Shown here piece by piece: positions 1 through 10,116 of a stretch of 64,000 nucleotides of DNA; positions within the stretch are counted from its first letter, which is position 1, and every line of letters starts with the position of its first letter. The position numbers and the translations under genes were made by a program. The notes beneath the pieces were generated by a model, which worked only from the letters and a program-made list of their open reading frames with translations, made no database searches and was not told the DNA's origin. The stretch is from an uncultured Flavobacteriaceae bacterium (lineage in GTDB: Bacteria > Bacteroidota > Bacteroidia > Flavobacteriales > Flavobacteriaceae): contig CALOEQ010000016.1 in NCBI GenBank assembly GCA_942492425.1, positions 43,156 to 107,155 on the forward strand, given 5' to 3'.

Positions 1-1393
1 TGCCGCTGTAGGCCTCCAGGATATTTCGAACCATGGGTAATCCCAGACCCATGCCACTGGATTTGGTCGTGAACTTGGGTTCGAAAACCATGGCGGCATC
101 CTCTTTGCGAATTCCGTCCCCATTGTCTTCAACTTCGATCAAAACATGGTCTTCAAACTCCTTCAATCGCACTTCGATTGAGGGTTTATCGGTATTCTTG
201 AGGGCATGAATCGCGTTGGTGATCAAATTGGTAATGATTCGTGTGAGATGAATCTTGTCCAGCTTGATCATAATTGACTCCTTCTCCCTTGTGTAATTGA
301 TGAAAGGTTCGTGAAAGATATCGAGTGCCTTCTTAACCTCCTCCACAAGGTTGAGGTCCTCCCATACCGCCTGGGGCATCTGGGCAAAGTTGGAAAAAGC
401 GGAGGCGATCGAGCTCATCGTATCGATCTGTTGAATCATGGATTCACTGAACTCCGACAACTTTTCTTTGATCGCAGGGTCCTTGGGATCGAAGCTATGC
501 GCGAAGCTTTGTACGCTCAATCGCATTGGGGTGAGCGGATTCTTTATCTCATGGGCGACTTGTTTGGCCATCTCCCGCCAGGCCTGTTTCCTTTCACTTC
601 TTGCCAATTTTATGGCTGATTCCTCAATCTGGTCAATCATGCTGTTGTACGATTCGACCAGGTTGTTGATCTCCTGGCTCGCATCCTCCATGACGAGTTT
701 TTCATTGGTGCGCTCCACGGTCGTCTGACGTATTCTACGGCTCACATACTCGAGGGACTTTGTTATGTACTTGGAAAGAAAATAGGCCATCAGAATGGCA
801 ATAATGAGAATCAGCAGGTAAACCAGAGACAGTCTTGTGAGAAATTCTTTGAGTTCCTCGTCCTGAAAGGTGTTATCCTGCAAATAAGGAACTCCAAGAA
901 TTCCTATGGGCTGATCCCTTGATCCGATGAGAAAAGAATAGGAGGACTTGAATTTATTTCCATCCGGGCCACGTTTGGTGAGAACCACCCTGTGCTCCTC
1001 GCTCCCGACGATCTGCTCCATGATGTCAGGAGAGAGGCTCGCGTCAATGGTATCTGTTTCTGCTTCGTAAAAAGAGCTCCTCAACAAGGATCCCGTGAGG
1101 TTGTAAATATTGATGTCCAAATTGTGGATGTCTGAAATCTCGTTCAGCTTCTTATCGAGAAGGCTCGGAAGCATGAGCGTTTCGAGATAGTTTACGGTGT
1201 CCCGGTTCAGCGCATATGTTATGGCAGATTTGATGGCCTCCTCTTTTCGCTCCAAACGCTCGTTATGATAATCGTCTGCCTGCTCGTTGTATTGATAAAT
1301 GGTAATTGCCGCAATAAGGACCGAAGCCAGCACCACAAGAAATATCATCGCGATGAAGATGCGCGTACGCAACGAAAACTTGTTGATGCCCAT
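1..1393 (-). CDS. Sensor histidine kinase (NtrY/NtrB-like, HAMP + HisKA + HATPase), 3' end runs off the window
   Basis: Manual translation from ATG at 1393 (MGINKFSLRTRIFIAMIFLVV...). H-box AWREMAKQVAHEIKNPLTPMRL, N-box NLITNA, G-boxes DNGDG and SGMGLGL. Absent from the ORF track because the stop lies outside the window. Confidence 0.9.
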   Translation of the reverse strand, partial: MGINKFSLRTRIFIAMIFLVVLASVLIAAITIYQYNEQADDYHNERLERKEEAIKSAITYALNRDTVNYLETLMLPSLLDKKLNEISDIHNLDINIYNLTGSLLRSSFYEAETDTIDASLSPDIMEQIVGSEEHRVVLTKRGPDGNKFKSSYSFLIGSRDQPIGILGVPYLQDNTFQDEELKEFLTRLSLVYLLILIIAILMAYFLSKYITKSLEYVSRRIRQTTVERTNEKLVMEDASQEINNLVESYNSMIDQIEESAIKLARSERKQAWREMAKQVAHEIKNPLTPMRLSVQSFAHSFDPKDPAIKEKLSEFSESMIQQIDTMSSIASAFSNFAQMPQAVWEDLNLVEEVKKALDIFHEPFINYTREKESIMIKLDKIHLTRIITNLITNAIHALKNTDKPSIEVRLKEFEDHVLIEVEDNGDGIRKEDAAMVFEPKFTTKSSGMGLGLPMVRNILEAYSG

Positions 1394-1444
1394 GTCTTGT
1401 TTTTGGGTAAAGATAAGAAAAACGGTAACAGCCTGCTGGCCGAT

Positions 1445-3211
1445 TTAAAGGGATTTGGACAGGGTGAACAAGAACTCAACACCGCCATTTTGATGATTTC
1501 CGGCGGTTATTTCTCCCCCGTGCAACTGGATGGCATTCTTAACGATGGACAGACCCAAACCTGTTCCGCCTTTTTCCCGGGATCGATCATTGTCTACCCT
1601 ATAGAATCGCTCAAATATTCTCAGGAAATGCTTCTTTTCTATCGTTGCCCCGGTATTGGAGAAGGAAAAATAGTAGTAATTGGAATCTTCCAGGTAATTG
1701 TTCACCGAGATCTCAATGTTTTCTCCCCCGTACTTGATGGCATTGTCAAAGAGATTGTAAAAAACCGAGAAGAGCAGCGAGCGATTGGCATTCAGGATGA
1801 TGGGCTTGGGCAACCTGATTTTAACGTCACAATTCTTTGCCTGCAGACTCAATGCCAGGGAGTCTTTGACCTCATAGATCAAATCATTGAGATTGACCGT
1901 CTCAAAGGAGAATCTCTCCCTGGCCTCTGACATCTTCTGAAGAAGAGAGATATCCTCGATGAGATCCGAAAGTCTTTCCGACTGGGCATAGGCATTGCCA
2001 ATGTATTTCTTGGCGTCTTCCTTGCTGATATCATTGTTATTGAGCAATTCCAGGTAGCCAAGAATGATCGTTATCGGGGTTTTCAACTCATGGGCAATGT
2101 TGCTTGTGATCTGCTCTTTTATGATCTTCTGTTTTTCAATCTTTGTGATGTCTCGGATGACAACTTCGAAGGATCGATCTGAAAATACGATGGCATGCAG
2201 ATTGAAGGCCCTCTTGTCTCGGTATACGATATCCTCAAAATGGGGCAAATCCTTCTTATCAATCTCCTTGTCCCCATGCAAATAGGTGTCGACAAATGCA
2301 TTGAGTTTTCGAAACTCCTTGACCTCGAATATCTCCTCTTCGGAAATCTTTGATTCTTTGGAAATGATATTAATAAACTGGATGAAGTGATTGTTTCTAA
2401 GTATTTTCTTCTTTTGGGGTGTAAAAAAAGCAATGCCTTCGTTCAGAGCGATCAGATGCGAGAACATCTTGTTCTTTTCGATCTCGATGGTACTTTTTGC
2501 CGCAGTCAGCTTATCGTAGATTTCAACAATCTGGTTGCTAATCTCCCCAAACTCGCCATCCGGAAAAACAATCTTTTCTTCTATTTCTTCACCTTTACTC
2601 AAGCGAGACGCAAAATCCTTCAGTTTGAGCAGGACACCCGATAGATTCCGCAATACGAGACTCAATATCCCCCATGTCACAAGAAAAAGAACAAGCAGAT
2701 AAAGCAGAAAGATTTTTTCTATGTTCATGAAATTCTTGACCTGCACGTCATAGTGAGCCGCGACGCGCACAAACATGTTTTCATAATTCTTCGCGTAATA
2801 ATAGTACTCATACCCGGTCGTTGAGGATTCGCGTATGTGCGAGCCAGAGCCCGATTTTTGCGCCAGTTTGATCTCGGGTCTATGGAGGTGATTTTCCATT
2901 TTGGAGGGATCGGAGACCTCAGAGTCATAGAGCACCTTCCCAAACATATTTATGATGGTGATCCGAATGTTGTTGGTAGGAATGTAATAATACAGTGAAT
3001 CCAGCTGGGAGTAGGACGTCTTTGGGTCGAGATTCTTCTTTTCAATGTAATTGTAGGTCAACTCGGCAATGTTGTCCAGGTTCATTTCCATCTGCTCCCT
3101 CTTGAATGCCTTTTCGCGGTTGTACTGCAGAAACAGCACCAGCGTGGTAAAGAGGAGAAATATCCCTGAGAGATAAACAAAAAGCTTTTGCCTGTACTTG
3201 AGCTTCAACAT
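1445..3211 (-). CDS. Sensor histidine kinase, PhoR-like
   Basis: Two TM segments, H-box AHELKTPITIILGY, NLFDNAIKY, FERFYRVD..RSREKGGTGLGLSIVK. Start taken at MLKLKY (3211); the track ORF extends to 3250. Confidence 0.9.
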   Translation of the reverse strand: MLKLKYRQKLFVYLSGIFLLFTTLVLFLQYNREKAFKREQMEMNLDNIAELTYNYIEKKNLDPKTSYSQLDSLYYYIPTNNIRITIINMFGKVLYDSEVSDPSKMENHLHRPEIKLAQKSGSGSHIRESSTTGYEYYYYAKNYENMFVRVAAHYDVQVKNFMNIEKIFLLYLLVLFLVTWGILSLVLRNLSGVLLKLKDFASRLSKGEEIEEKIVFPDGEFGEISNQIVEIYDKLTAAKSTIEIEKNKMFSHLIALNEGIAFFTPQKKKILRNNHFIQFINIISKESKISEEEIFEVKEFRKLNAFVDTYLHGDKEIDKKDLPHFEDIVYRDKRAFNLHAIVFSDRSFEVVIRDITKIEKQKIIKEQITSNIAHELKTPITIILGYLELLNNNDISKEDAKKYIGNAYAQSERLSDLIEDISLLQKMSEARERFSFETVNLNDLIYEVKDSLALSLQAKNCDVKIRLPKPIILNANRSLLFSVFYNLFDNAIKYGGENIEISVNNYLEDSNYYYFSFSNTGATIEKKHFLRIFERFYRVDNDRSREKGGTGLGLSIVKNAIQLHGGEITAGNHQNGGVEFLFTLSKSL

Positions 3212-3337
3212 TTGAGTTCCTAATCGAATAATCCGCAAAATTACGCCCAAATTACGGTGGAGAAAAACCTGGTCAATTAAGCAACGATTATCAATACATT
3301 ACCCCAATGTTAAGTCCGACCGCAAAGAATTTTCTCA

Positions 3338-4120
3338 TTATCCTCGAATTCCTTCTATGAACTCGGGAATCGCATCAATCCCTTTCTTTTCGAGAAATTT
3401 TACAAAGGCAGACCCGATGATGGCTCCGGAGGTGCTGCGGGTTGCCTGGTCGAAGGTGTCGTGATTTGAGATTCCAAAGCCAACGATTTGTGGAGCGCTT
3501 AAATTCATCTCTGAAATCCTTTTAAAATAATCCTCCTGCTCCGAACCGAAACTGCTTTTCGCTCCCGTGGTACTGGCCGAACTCACCATATAGATAAAAC
3601 CGTTGGATATCCTGTCGATGAATCGGATCCGTTCTTCGCTTGTCTGTGGGGTAATCAGAAAAACGTTGATCAAACCATATTTCTCAAAGATTTCCCGGTA
3701 TTGAGCGTTGTAGACATCTACCGGAAGGTCAGGAATGATCAGGCCGTCGATTCCAGTTTCCCGGCATTTTCGACAAAAGTTCTCGATTCCGTATTGCATC
3801 ATCGGATTGAAATATCCCATGATCAGCAGCGGTATTTCAACATGATCCCGGATGTTCTTCAACTGTTCAAAAAGGACATCCGTGGTCATCCCGTTGTCCA
3901 GGGCCTTGGTGCTGGATTCCTGTATGGTCGGACCATCCGCCAGGGGATCCGAAAAAGGAAGGCCGATCTCCACCATGTCAACTCCTGACTTCTGCAGCTT
4001 TTCCAGGATGGGCACTGTATCTTCCAGTTTTGGAAAGCCCGCCGAAAAATAGATGGAGAGCAATTTGTTTTCTCCTTCGGCACTGCCCGCTTTCGATAGC
4101 GCTTTATTTATTCTGTTCAT
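3338..4120 (-). CDS. trpA: Tryptophan synthase alpha chain
   Basis: EIGLPFSDPLADGPTIQ motif, GFGIS, position in trp operon. Confidence 0.98.
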   Translation of the reverse strand: MNRINKALSKAGSAEGENKLLSIYFSAGFPKLEDTVPILEKLQKSGVDMVEIGLPFSDPLADGPTIQESSTKALDNGMTTDVLFEQLKNIRDHVEIPLLIMGYFNPMMQYGIENFCRKCRETGIDGLIIPDLPVDVYNAQYREIFEKYGLINVFLITPQTSEERIRFIDRISNGFIYMVSSASTTGAKSSFGSEQEDYFKRISEMNLSAPQIVGFGISNHDTFDQATRSTSGAIIGSAFVKFLEKKGIDAIPEFIEGIRG

Positions 4121-4195
4121 TCTTTTGAAATTATCCTCAAATTCATCTTAAGATTTGGCTTCTGTCTACTTTCCTGAATCGTTCAGAAGAGTCGG

Positions 4196-5383
4196 CTACA
4201 ATCCAAAATAGGAAATATAGGTGTCCAAATCCTTGTCTCCCCTTCCTGAGAGATTGATAACCACCACATCATTCTCTTTGAAATCGATTTTCCCCAGAAC
4301 AGCAAGCGCATGAGAGGTCTCAATAGCTGGAATGATTCCCTCAAGCTCAGAGAGCTCCAGGCCGGCTTTCATTGCTTCATCATCGGTCGCGCTCAAAAAT
4401 TGGGCCCTTCCCGACTTGAAAAGATATGCGTGTTGGGGACCCACTCCCGGATAGTCGAGTCCCGCTGAAATGGAATAGGGCTCCACGATCTGTCCGTCTT
4501 CTGTCTGCATGAGAAGGGTTCGGCTTCCGTGGATGATCCCTTCGCGGCCCAGAACACTGGTAGCTGCCGATTGTCCCGAATCAATTCCTTTGCCCGAAGC
4601 TTCAACTGCAATGAGTTTCACCTCTTCTTTATCCAGGTAGTGATAAAAGGCTCCCGCGGCATTACTTCCGCCACCGACGCAGGCAATGATGTAATCCGGG
4701 TTCTCCCGCCCTTCCTTTTCTTTCAGTTGTCCGATCATCTCCTCCGAAATGACCGACTGGAATCTCGCCACCATATCCGGATAAGGATGAAATCCAACTA
4801 CGGAACCTATGATATAGTGAATCTCAACAGGATCGTTGATCCAGGCCCGAATCGCTTCATTGGTGGCATCTTTCAGGGTCTTGCTGCCCGAGGTGGCGGG
4901 CACGACCTCAGCACCCAGCATCTTCATGCGGGCCACGTTCGGGGCCTGTCTGGCGATGTCGATCTCACCCATGTACACTTTGCACTCCATTCCGGCAAGC
5001 GCACAAACGGTCGCAGTGGCGACTCCGTGCTGGCCCGCTCCGGTCTCGGCGATGATTCTTTTTTTTCCCAGTCTTTTGGCCAAAAGGATCTGACCGATGG
5101 TGTTGTTGATCTTATGGGCCCCTGTATGATTGAGATCCTCTCGTTTCAAATAGATGCGTGCCCCGTATCGCCTGGAAAGTCGCTCAGCCAGATACAGGGG
5201 AGTCGGACGCCCTACATAATCCTTGAGAAGCTGGTTGAATTCCTTCACAAACACGGGATCATTCATGATCTCCAGATAACGCTCCTGCAACTCCACCATA
5301 TTCGGGTAGAGCATCTCGGGTACAAAGGATCCTCCAAATTCACCGTAGTACCCTCTTTCGTCAGCATGATATGTTTTACTCAT
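4196..5383 (-). CDS. trpB: Tryptophan synthase beta chain
   Basis: [15 protein letters not shown] (PLP lysine), [34 protein letters not shown]. Confidence 0.99.
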   Translation of the reverse strand: MSKTYHADERGYYGEFGGSFVPEMLYPNMVELQERYLEIMNDPVFVKEFNQLLKDYVGRPTPLYLAERLSRRYGARIYLKREDLNHTGAHKINNTIGQILLAKRLGKKRIIAETGAGQHGVATATVCALAGMECKVYMGEIDIARQAPNVARMKMLGAEVVPATSGSKTLKDATNEAIRAWINDPVEIHYIIGSVVGFHPYPDMVARFQSVISEEMIGQLKEKEGRENPDYIIACVGGGSNAAGAFYHYLDKEEVKLIAVEASGKGIDSGQSAATSVLGREGIIHGSRTLLMQTEDGQIVEPYSISAGLDYPGVGPQHAYLFKSGRAQFLSATDDEAMKAGLELSELEGIIPAIETSHALAVLGKIDFKENDVVVINLSGRGDKDLDTYISYFGL

Positions 5384-6021
5384 GATTGTATGTCTTTAAA
5401 ATCCTTTATAAATACCTTTAGTTTCTCTATGTCTTTCATTCCGGGAAACAGCTCAAACCGACTGTTCACATCAATGGCGTGACACATTCCTGATTTTTCA
5501 GATTTACTGAAGTCCTTGAGAGCTTCAATATCATCGGGCCCTATGCCTCCACTCAGAAAAAACTTGGTTTTCAATGGGTATCCCGATAAAAGCTCCCAGT
5601 TGAACTGTATTCCATTACCTCCTCGTTCTTTACCCTTCGTGTCGAGCAAAAAGTAGTCGCAAACCGCTTCGTAAGGCTTCAGTTGCTCCCAGCTCATCGA
5701 ATCCCCAACGGGAAACGCTTTGATGATTTTCACTTCCGGATCCTCTAGCCGAGCCCTTAGTTTCTCAACATAGTCGGGGCTTTCCTCACCGTGAAGCTGT
5801 ATGCCCGCGAGTTGATTGGAACGCACCATTTCTACAACCTCGTCTTCTTCCTGGTTCACAAAAACACCTATTTTTTCAATTCCTTCACGGATTTCAGGAA
5901 GCTCTGCCTCGACAAATCTTTTGGAACCGGAAAAAAACAGGAAACCCATATAATCTGGGTGCAGCGCCTCCAGCTCATGAATATTCTCGTTGTATTTCAT
6001 GCCACAGACCTTGATTTTCAT
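5380..6021 (-). CDS. trpF: Phosphoribosylanthranilate isomerase
   Basis: [35 protein letters not shown]; 4-bp overlaps with neighbours. Confidence 0.96.
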   Translation of the reverse strand: MKIKVCGMKYNENIHELEALHPDYMGFLFFSGSKRFVEAELPEIREGIEKIGVFVNQEEDEVVEMVRSNQLAGIQLHGEESPDYVEKLRARLEDPEVKIIKAFPVGDSMSWEQLKPYEAVCDYFLLDTKGKERGGNGIQFNWELLSGYPLKTKFFLSGGIGPDDIEALKDFSKSEKSGMCHAIDVNSRFELFPGMKDIEKLKVFIKDFKDIQS

Positions 6022-6806
6022 GCTCCGGTCGATTTTATAAATTCTTCAGCCGCGGCTCCGGGATTCTCCGTTTTCATGAAATTCTCACCGATCAGGAAGC
6101 CTTTGAACCCGTAGTCACGAAGTTCCTTGATCGCTCGAGGATCGCTGATCCCACTCTCCGAAACGGCCAGTTTATCCCCGGGAATGATCCCGGATAATTT
6201 CTTGCTCGTCTCAAGGCTTACCTCAAAGGTCTTGAGATTCCTGTTGTTCACGCCGACGAGGTCAATGTGGGTCAAATCGTTCCTTTTCAATTCTTCTTCC
6301 CCATGAACTTCCATGAGAACCTCCAGGCCCAGATCATGGGCGACCTGTGAGAGCATTTTCAACTGTTCCGGTTTCAATACTGCGGCGATGAGCAGGATCA
6401 CATCAGCTCCAAAGGCTTTCGCTTCGAAAAGCTGATACGGGTCAATCATGAAATCCTTCCTAAGCACCGGAATCTCGACCGCCGCACGTGCCTGCAGAAG
6501 ATCATCCAGGGACCCGCCAAAATACTTGGTATCGGTCAATACCGAGATTCCTGAGGCTCCGGCCGCTTGATATCCCGTCACGACTTCCGCAACACCACTC
6601 TTCTGGTTTATGACTTGTTTCGAGGGGGATCGACGCTTGAATTCCGCAATGATTCCGCTACCTTTCTGCAAGGATTCCCTCAAGGAAAAGGCCTCTCTCT
6701 CGATCATAGGCGAATTCCTGAGATAGTCCAGGGGAAGTACCGACTTTTTCAAATCAACCTCCACCCGCTTATCCGCAACTATTCTTTCTAAAATATTCAT
6801 CTTCAA
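6018..6806 (-). CDS. trpC: Indole-3-glycerol phosphate synthase
   Basis: IIAEFKRRSPSK, ISVLTD, LRKDFMID, GVNNRNLKTF, VSESGI. Confidence 0.98.
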   Translation of the reverse strand: MKMNILERIVADKRVEVDLKKSVLPLDYLRNSPMIEREAFSLRESLQKGSGIIAEFKRRSPSKQVINQKSGVAEVVTGYQAAGASGISVLTDTKYFGGSLDDLLQARAAVEIPVLRKDFMIDPYQLFEAKAFGADVILLIAAVLKPEQLKMLSQVAHDLGLEVLMEVHGEEELKRNDLTHIDLVGVNNRNLKTFEVSLETSKKLSGIIPGDKLAVSESGISDPRAIKELRDYGFKGFLIGENFMKTENPGAAAEEFIKSTGA

Positions 6807-6860
6807 ATGCCTCTTTTGTGGCTCTTCATTTTCAATCCTAATGGTTTCGTTCTTATCGTT

Positions 6861-7853
6861 CTAGTTATTCAGTTCCAGTAGCTTTTTGAAACTATCGAAG
6901 CCCCGTCCACTGAACATTGATTCCCGAGCTCGTTCAAAGCCCTCTTCATGCGTGATGCTCTCTGCGACGGCTATGGCCATTCCCGCATTGGCACAAACCA
7001 CATTGCTTTGCGCTTCCGTACCCTCTCCCTGCAATACCTTCAAAAACACATCGGCACTTTCCTTTACGGATGCCCCTCCGTGAATTTGTTCAGGTTTCAA
7101 GGCTTCCAGTCCGAGGTCTGCAGAGGAAATAATCCTCTCTTCACGGTTTGTTATTACCTTGGCCCGGTCGGTAAGTGAGATTTCATCATATCCCGCCAGG
7201 TCATGCAGAATGGCAAAATTCTTGTCTGTTGTCTGGTAGAGATAGCCGTACATTCGGGCCAGTTCCAGGCTGAATACCCCCACCATCTGGTTCTTCGGAA
7301 ATGACGGGTTCACCATCGGACCCAGCATGTTGAAAAAGGTTTTCACACCCAGCTCCCTTCGTATGGGAGCTACGGTCTTCATGGCCGGATGGAAAAGCGG
7401 TGCGTGCAAGATGCAGATACCCGCCCGGTCAATCGATCTTCTCAGGGTCTCCTCGTCGTTTGTGAAACGCACCCCCAGATGCTCCAGCACATTTGATGAT
7501 CCGCAGGTGGAAGAAACGCCATAATTGCCGTGCTTGGCCACTTTCACACCCGCACCGGCGGTTACAAATGAAGCGAGGGTGGATATGTTAAACGTGTCCT
7601 TTCCGTCACCCCCGGTGCCACAGAGGTCAATGGCATTGAAGTTCGACAGATCTATCGGCAAGCACATTTCAAGAAGAGCCTCGCGAAATCCGTCCAATTC
7701 CTCGACAGAAATGCTGCGCATCATGTACACCGTCAGGAAGGATGCGATCTGACTGGGATTGTAATTGTCTTTGGAGATATTCTTCAAAACCTCATTGGCC
7801 TCCTTTTTCGAAATGGTCTCCTGATTGATCAATCTGTTAAGAATCTCTTTCAT
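6861..7853 (-). CDS. trpD: Anthranilate phosphoribosyltransferase
   Basis: DLCGTGGDGKDTFNIST, AKHGNYGVSSTCGSS, FNMLGPMVNP. Confidence 0.98.
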   Translation of the reverse strand: MKEILNRLINQETISKKEANEVLKNISKDNYNPSQIASFLTVYMMRSISVEELDGFREALLEMCLPIDLSNFNAIDLCGTGGDGKDTFNISTLASFVTAGAGVKVAKHGNYGVSSTCGSSNVLEHLGVRFTNDEETLRRSIDRAGICILHAPLFHPAMKTVAPIRRELGVKTFFNMLGPMVNPSFPKNQMVGVFSLELARMYGYLYQTTDKNFAILHDLAGYDEISLTDRAKVITNREERIISSADLGLEALKPEQIHGGASVKESADVFLKVLQGEGTEAQSNVVCANAGMAIAVAESITHEEGFERARESMFSGRGFDSFKKLLELNN

Positions 7854-7918
7854 TCTTTACTAATTATCGATTGCTGTTAAATATGCCAATCGTTGTTTTG
7901 TTGTATTCAAGTTCATTT

Positions 7919-8494
7919 TCATTCTGTCTGTCCGATCCAGTTTTTGAGCATCGCCGTTCCATCCGGGGTCAGGATCGACTCGGGGTGATACTGAACCGCC
8001 CTCACATCAAACTCGCGATGTCTCAGGGACATGATCTCCCCGTTTTGATCCAGGGAAGTCACCTCCAGGCTTTCGGGCAAATCCCTTGAAACGACCCACG
8101 AATGATAGCGCCCTACTTCCATTTCTTTTGAAAGATTCTCATAGAGAACTTCGTCGTCAACCACTCGTTTGATGGTGGTGGCCACCCCGTGATAAACCTG
8201 GTCAAGGTTTACAAGTGAGCCTCCAAAGACCTCAGCAATCGCCTGTTGTCCGAGGCAAATCCCGAGGATGCTCTTGGTTGAGGCAAATTTTGCAATGATC
8301 TCTTTCAACATCCCTGCCTCATCGGGAATTCCCGGACCGGGTGACAGCAAAATTTTATCAAATTCCTCCACTTCCGACAATTCGAGCTTGTCATTTCTTT
8401 TCACCGCGACTTCACATCCGATTTCTTTCAGGCAGTGAACCAGGTTGTAGGTGAACGAATCGTAATTATCTATGACCAGAATCTTGTTCATCAT
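7919..8494 (-). CDS. trpG: Anthranilate synthase component II (glutamine amidotransferase)
   Basis: IDNYDSFTYNL, SPGPGIP, GICLGQQ, RYHSW, QYHPES. Confidence 0.98.
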   Translation of the reverse strand: MMNKILVIDNYDSFTYNLVHCLKEIGCEVAVKRNDKLELSEVEEFDKILLSPGPGIPDEAGMLKEIIAKFASTKSILGICLGQQAIAEVFGGSLVNLDQVYHGVATTIKRVVDDEVLYENLSKEMEVGRYHSWVVSRDLPESLEVTSLDQNGEIMSLRHREFDVRAVQYHPESILTPDGTAMLKNWIGQTE

Positions 8495-9891
8495 CAGATA
8501 TTTTCTGCGAGCTCCAATGCCTTTTTCAGGGCCCCCAACTTGTTATAAACTTCCTGCAGCTCATTCTGAGGCTCTGATTTCGCAACAATACCGGCTCCTG
8601 CCTGATAATAGAGCCTGTGGTTCTTGCTCAAAAATGAACGTATGATGATCGCGTGATTGAAATTGCCTTCAAAATCCATGAACCCAATCGCTCCACCGTA
8701 AAAGGTCCTGTTGCTCTTCTCATATTGATCGATGAGCTGCATCGCCTTGTGTTTGGGAGCTCCCGACAGCGTACCCGCCGGAAAGGTGTCTGCCACGACC
8801 TGGTAGGTCGGCACCTCCGGGTACTTCTCCCCGACAACCTTGGAAACCAGGTGAATCACATGCGAGAAAAACTGGATCTCCTTGTATCTCTCAACATTCA
8901 CATGCTCCCCGTTTCGGCTCAGGTCATTGCGTGCCAGATCGACCAGCATGACGTGCTCTGCATTCTCCTTTTCATCTTCCGCCAGGGACTTGGCCGCTTC
9001 AAGGTCCTTTTCATCATCTCCCGTTCTTTTGAAGGTTCCTGCAATCGGATGAATTTCTGCTTTCCCCTGATCGATAACCAGCTGGGCCTCAGGAGAAGAA
9101 CCGAAGATCTTAAAGTTCCCGTAGTCAAAGTAAAACAGGTAGGGTGACGGATTCACAGAGCGCAAGGCCCTGTAAACATTGAACTCATCCCCTTTGAAAC
9201 CCTGGGAAAACCGCCTGGACAGGACCAATTGAAACACATCCCCCCTGTAGCAATGCTTTTTTGCGAGTTCGACATGCTCGAGAAATTCTTCATCCGTCAG
9301 GTTGGACCACTCATCTTGTTCATTGCTGTAGGAATAGGAGGCGAAATTACGGGTCGAGATCAGCTGATGAATCTCTTCTGTATTGTCAGAACCATCGTAA
9401 ACATGAGAGAAAATATAGGCCTCGTTCTTGAAGTGATTGATCGCGATTATATTTTGATACACCGCATAATAGATATCGGGGATGTCGAGGTCCTCCTTCT
9501 TGGTGATCTCAATATCCTCGAAATACCTGACCGCATCGTAGGAAACGTAACCAAACAAGCCATTGTTTATGAACTTGAATGGCAGTTTCTCGGTTTCAAA
9601 TTGCTCCCCGAACGCCTGGATGATATCTGAAACTTTATTCTTTTTATTGAAATGCTCGTTTCTCGAGCTGCCATCCGGGAACAACTCGCGCACGCTCCCG
9701 TCTTTGATCTCGATGCTTGCTATCGGATTGCAGCAGATATAGGAAAAACTATTTTCATTTCCATGGTAGTCTGAACTCTCCAACAGAATGCTGTTCGGAT
9801 ACTTGTCCCTTATTTTCAGGTAAACACTCACAGGGGTCAGGGTATCCGCCAGGATCTTTTTAAAATCGGTTTTGAGTTTGAATTTTCTCAT
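8494..9891 (-). CDS. trpE: Anthranilate synthase component I
   Basis: LLESS, GDVFQLVLSRR, NPSPY, GSSPE, PIAGT, EHVMLVDLARND, FPAGTLSGAPK. Start at MRKFKLK (9891); the longer track ORF runs through the attenuator. Confidence 0.97.
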   Translation of the reverse strand: MRKFKLKTDFKKILADTLTPVSVYLKIRDKYPNSILLESSDYHGNENSFSYICCNPIASIEIKDGSVRELFPDGSSRNEHFNKKNKVSDIIQAFGEQFETEKLPFKFINNGLFGYVSYDAVRYFEDIEITKKEDLDIPDIYYAVYQNIIAINHFKNEAYIFSHVYDGSDNTEEIHQLISTRNFASYSYSNEQDEWSNLTDEEFLEHVELAKKHCYRGDVFQLVLSRRFSQGFKGDEFNVYRALRSVNPSPYLFYFDYGNFKIFGSSPEAQLVIDQGKAEIHPIAGTFKRTGDDEKDLEAAKSLAEDEKENAEHVMLVDLARNDLSRNGEHVNVERYKEIQFFSHVIHLVSKVVGEKYPEVPTYQVVADTFPAGTLSGAPKHKAMQLIDQYEKSNRTFYGGAIGFMDFEGNFNHAIIIRSFLSKNHRLYYQAGAGIVAKSEPQNELQEVYNKLGALKKALELAENI

Positions 9892-9897
9892 TTGAAT

Positions 9898-9928
9898 CAA
9901 AAAAAAAGGCTTGTCGTGAAGACAAGCC
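9898..9928 (-). terminator. trp attenuator terminator hairpin
   Basis: Minus strand GGCTTGTC-TTCAC-GACAAGCC followed by a T run, just before the trpE start. Confidence 0.9.
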
Positions 9929-9958
9929 AGGATCATTTTATAATATACCGGTAACGCC

Positions 9959-10015
9959 TCACAAAATCTTGCTTTGCAAAGACCACCACCAGTTATGTAC
10001 GTTATTCATATTCAT
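9959..10015 (-). CDS. trpL: trp operon leader peptide (MNMNNVHNWWWSLQSKIL)
   Basis: 18-codon ORF with three consecutive TGG codons about 30 nt upstream of the terminator hairpin preceding trpE; alternative start at 10009. Confidence 0.85.
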   Translation of the reverse strand: MNMNNVHNWWWSLQSKIL

Positions 10016-10116
10016 GACGAAATTGTTGTTAATCGACATATTAACTTTTCGCGAAAGCAAATATAAAACAATTTTTATCGGCACGGAAAAAAAATTGAGC
10101 AACTTGCCAGGCTGAC

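Noticed and set aside
4529-5482. Long antisense or overlapping ORFs in the track (e.g. 4529..5482, 30233..31411, 33633..34592, 35347..36234, 52666..53577)
   Set aside because: They are shadows of well-supported genes on the opposite strand, with no recognisable motifs.
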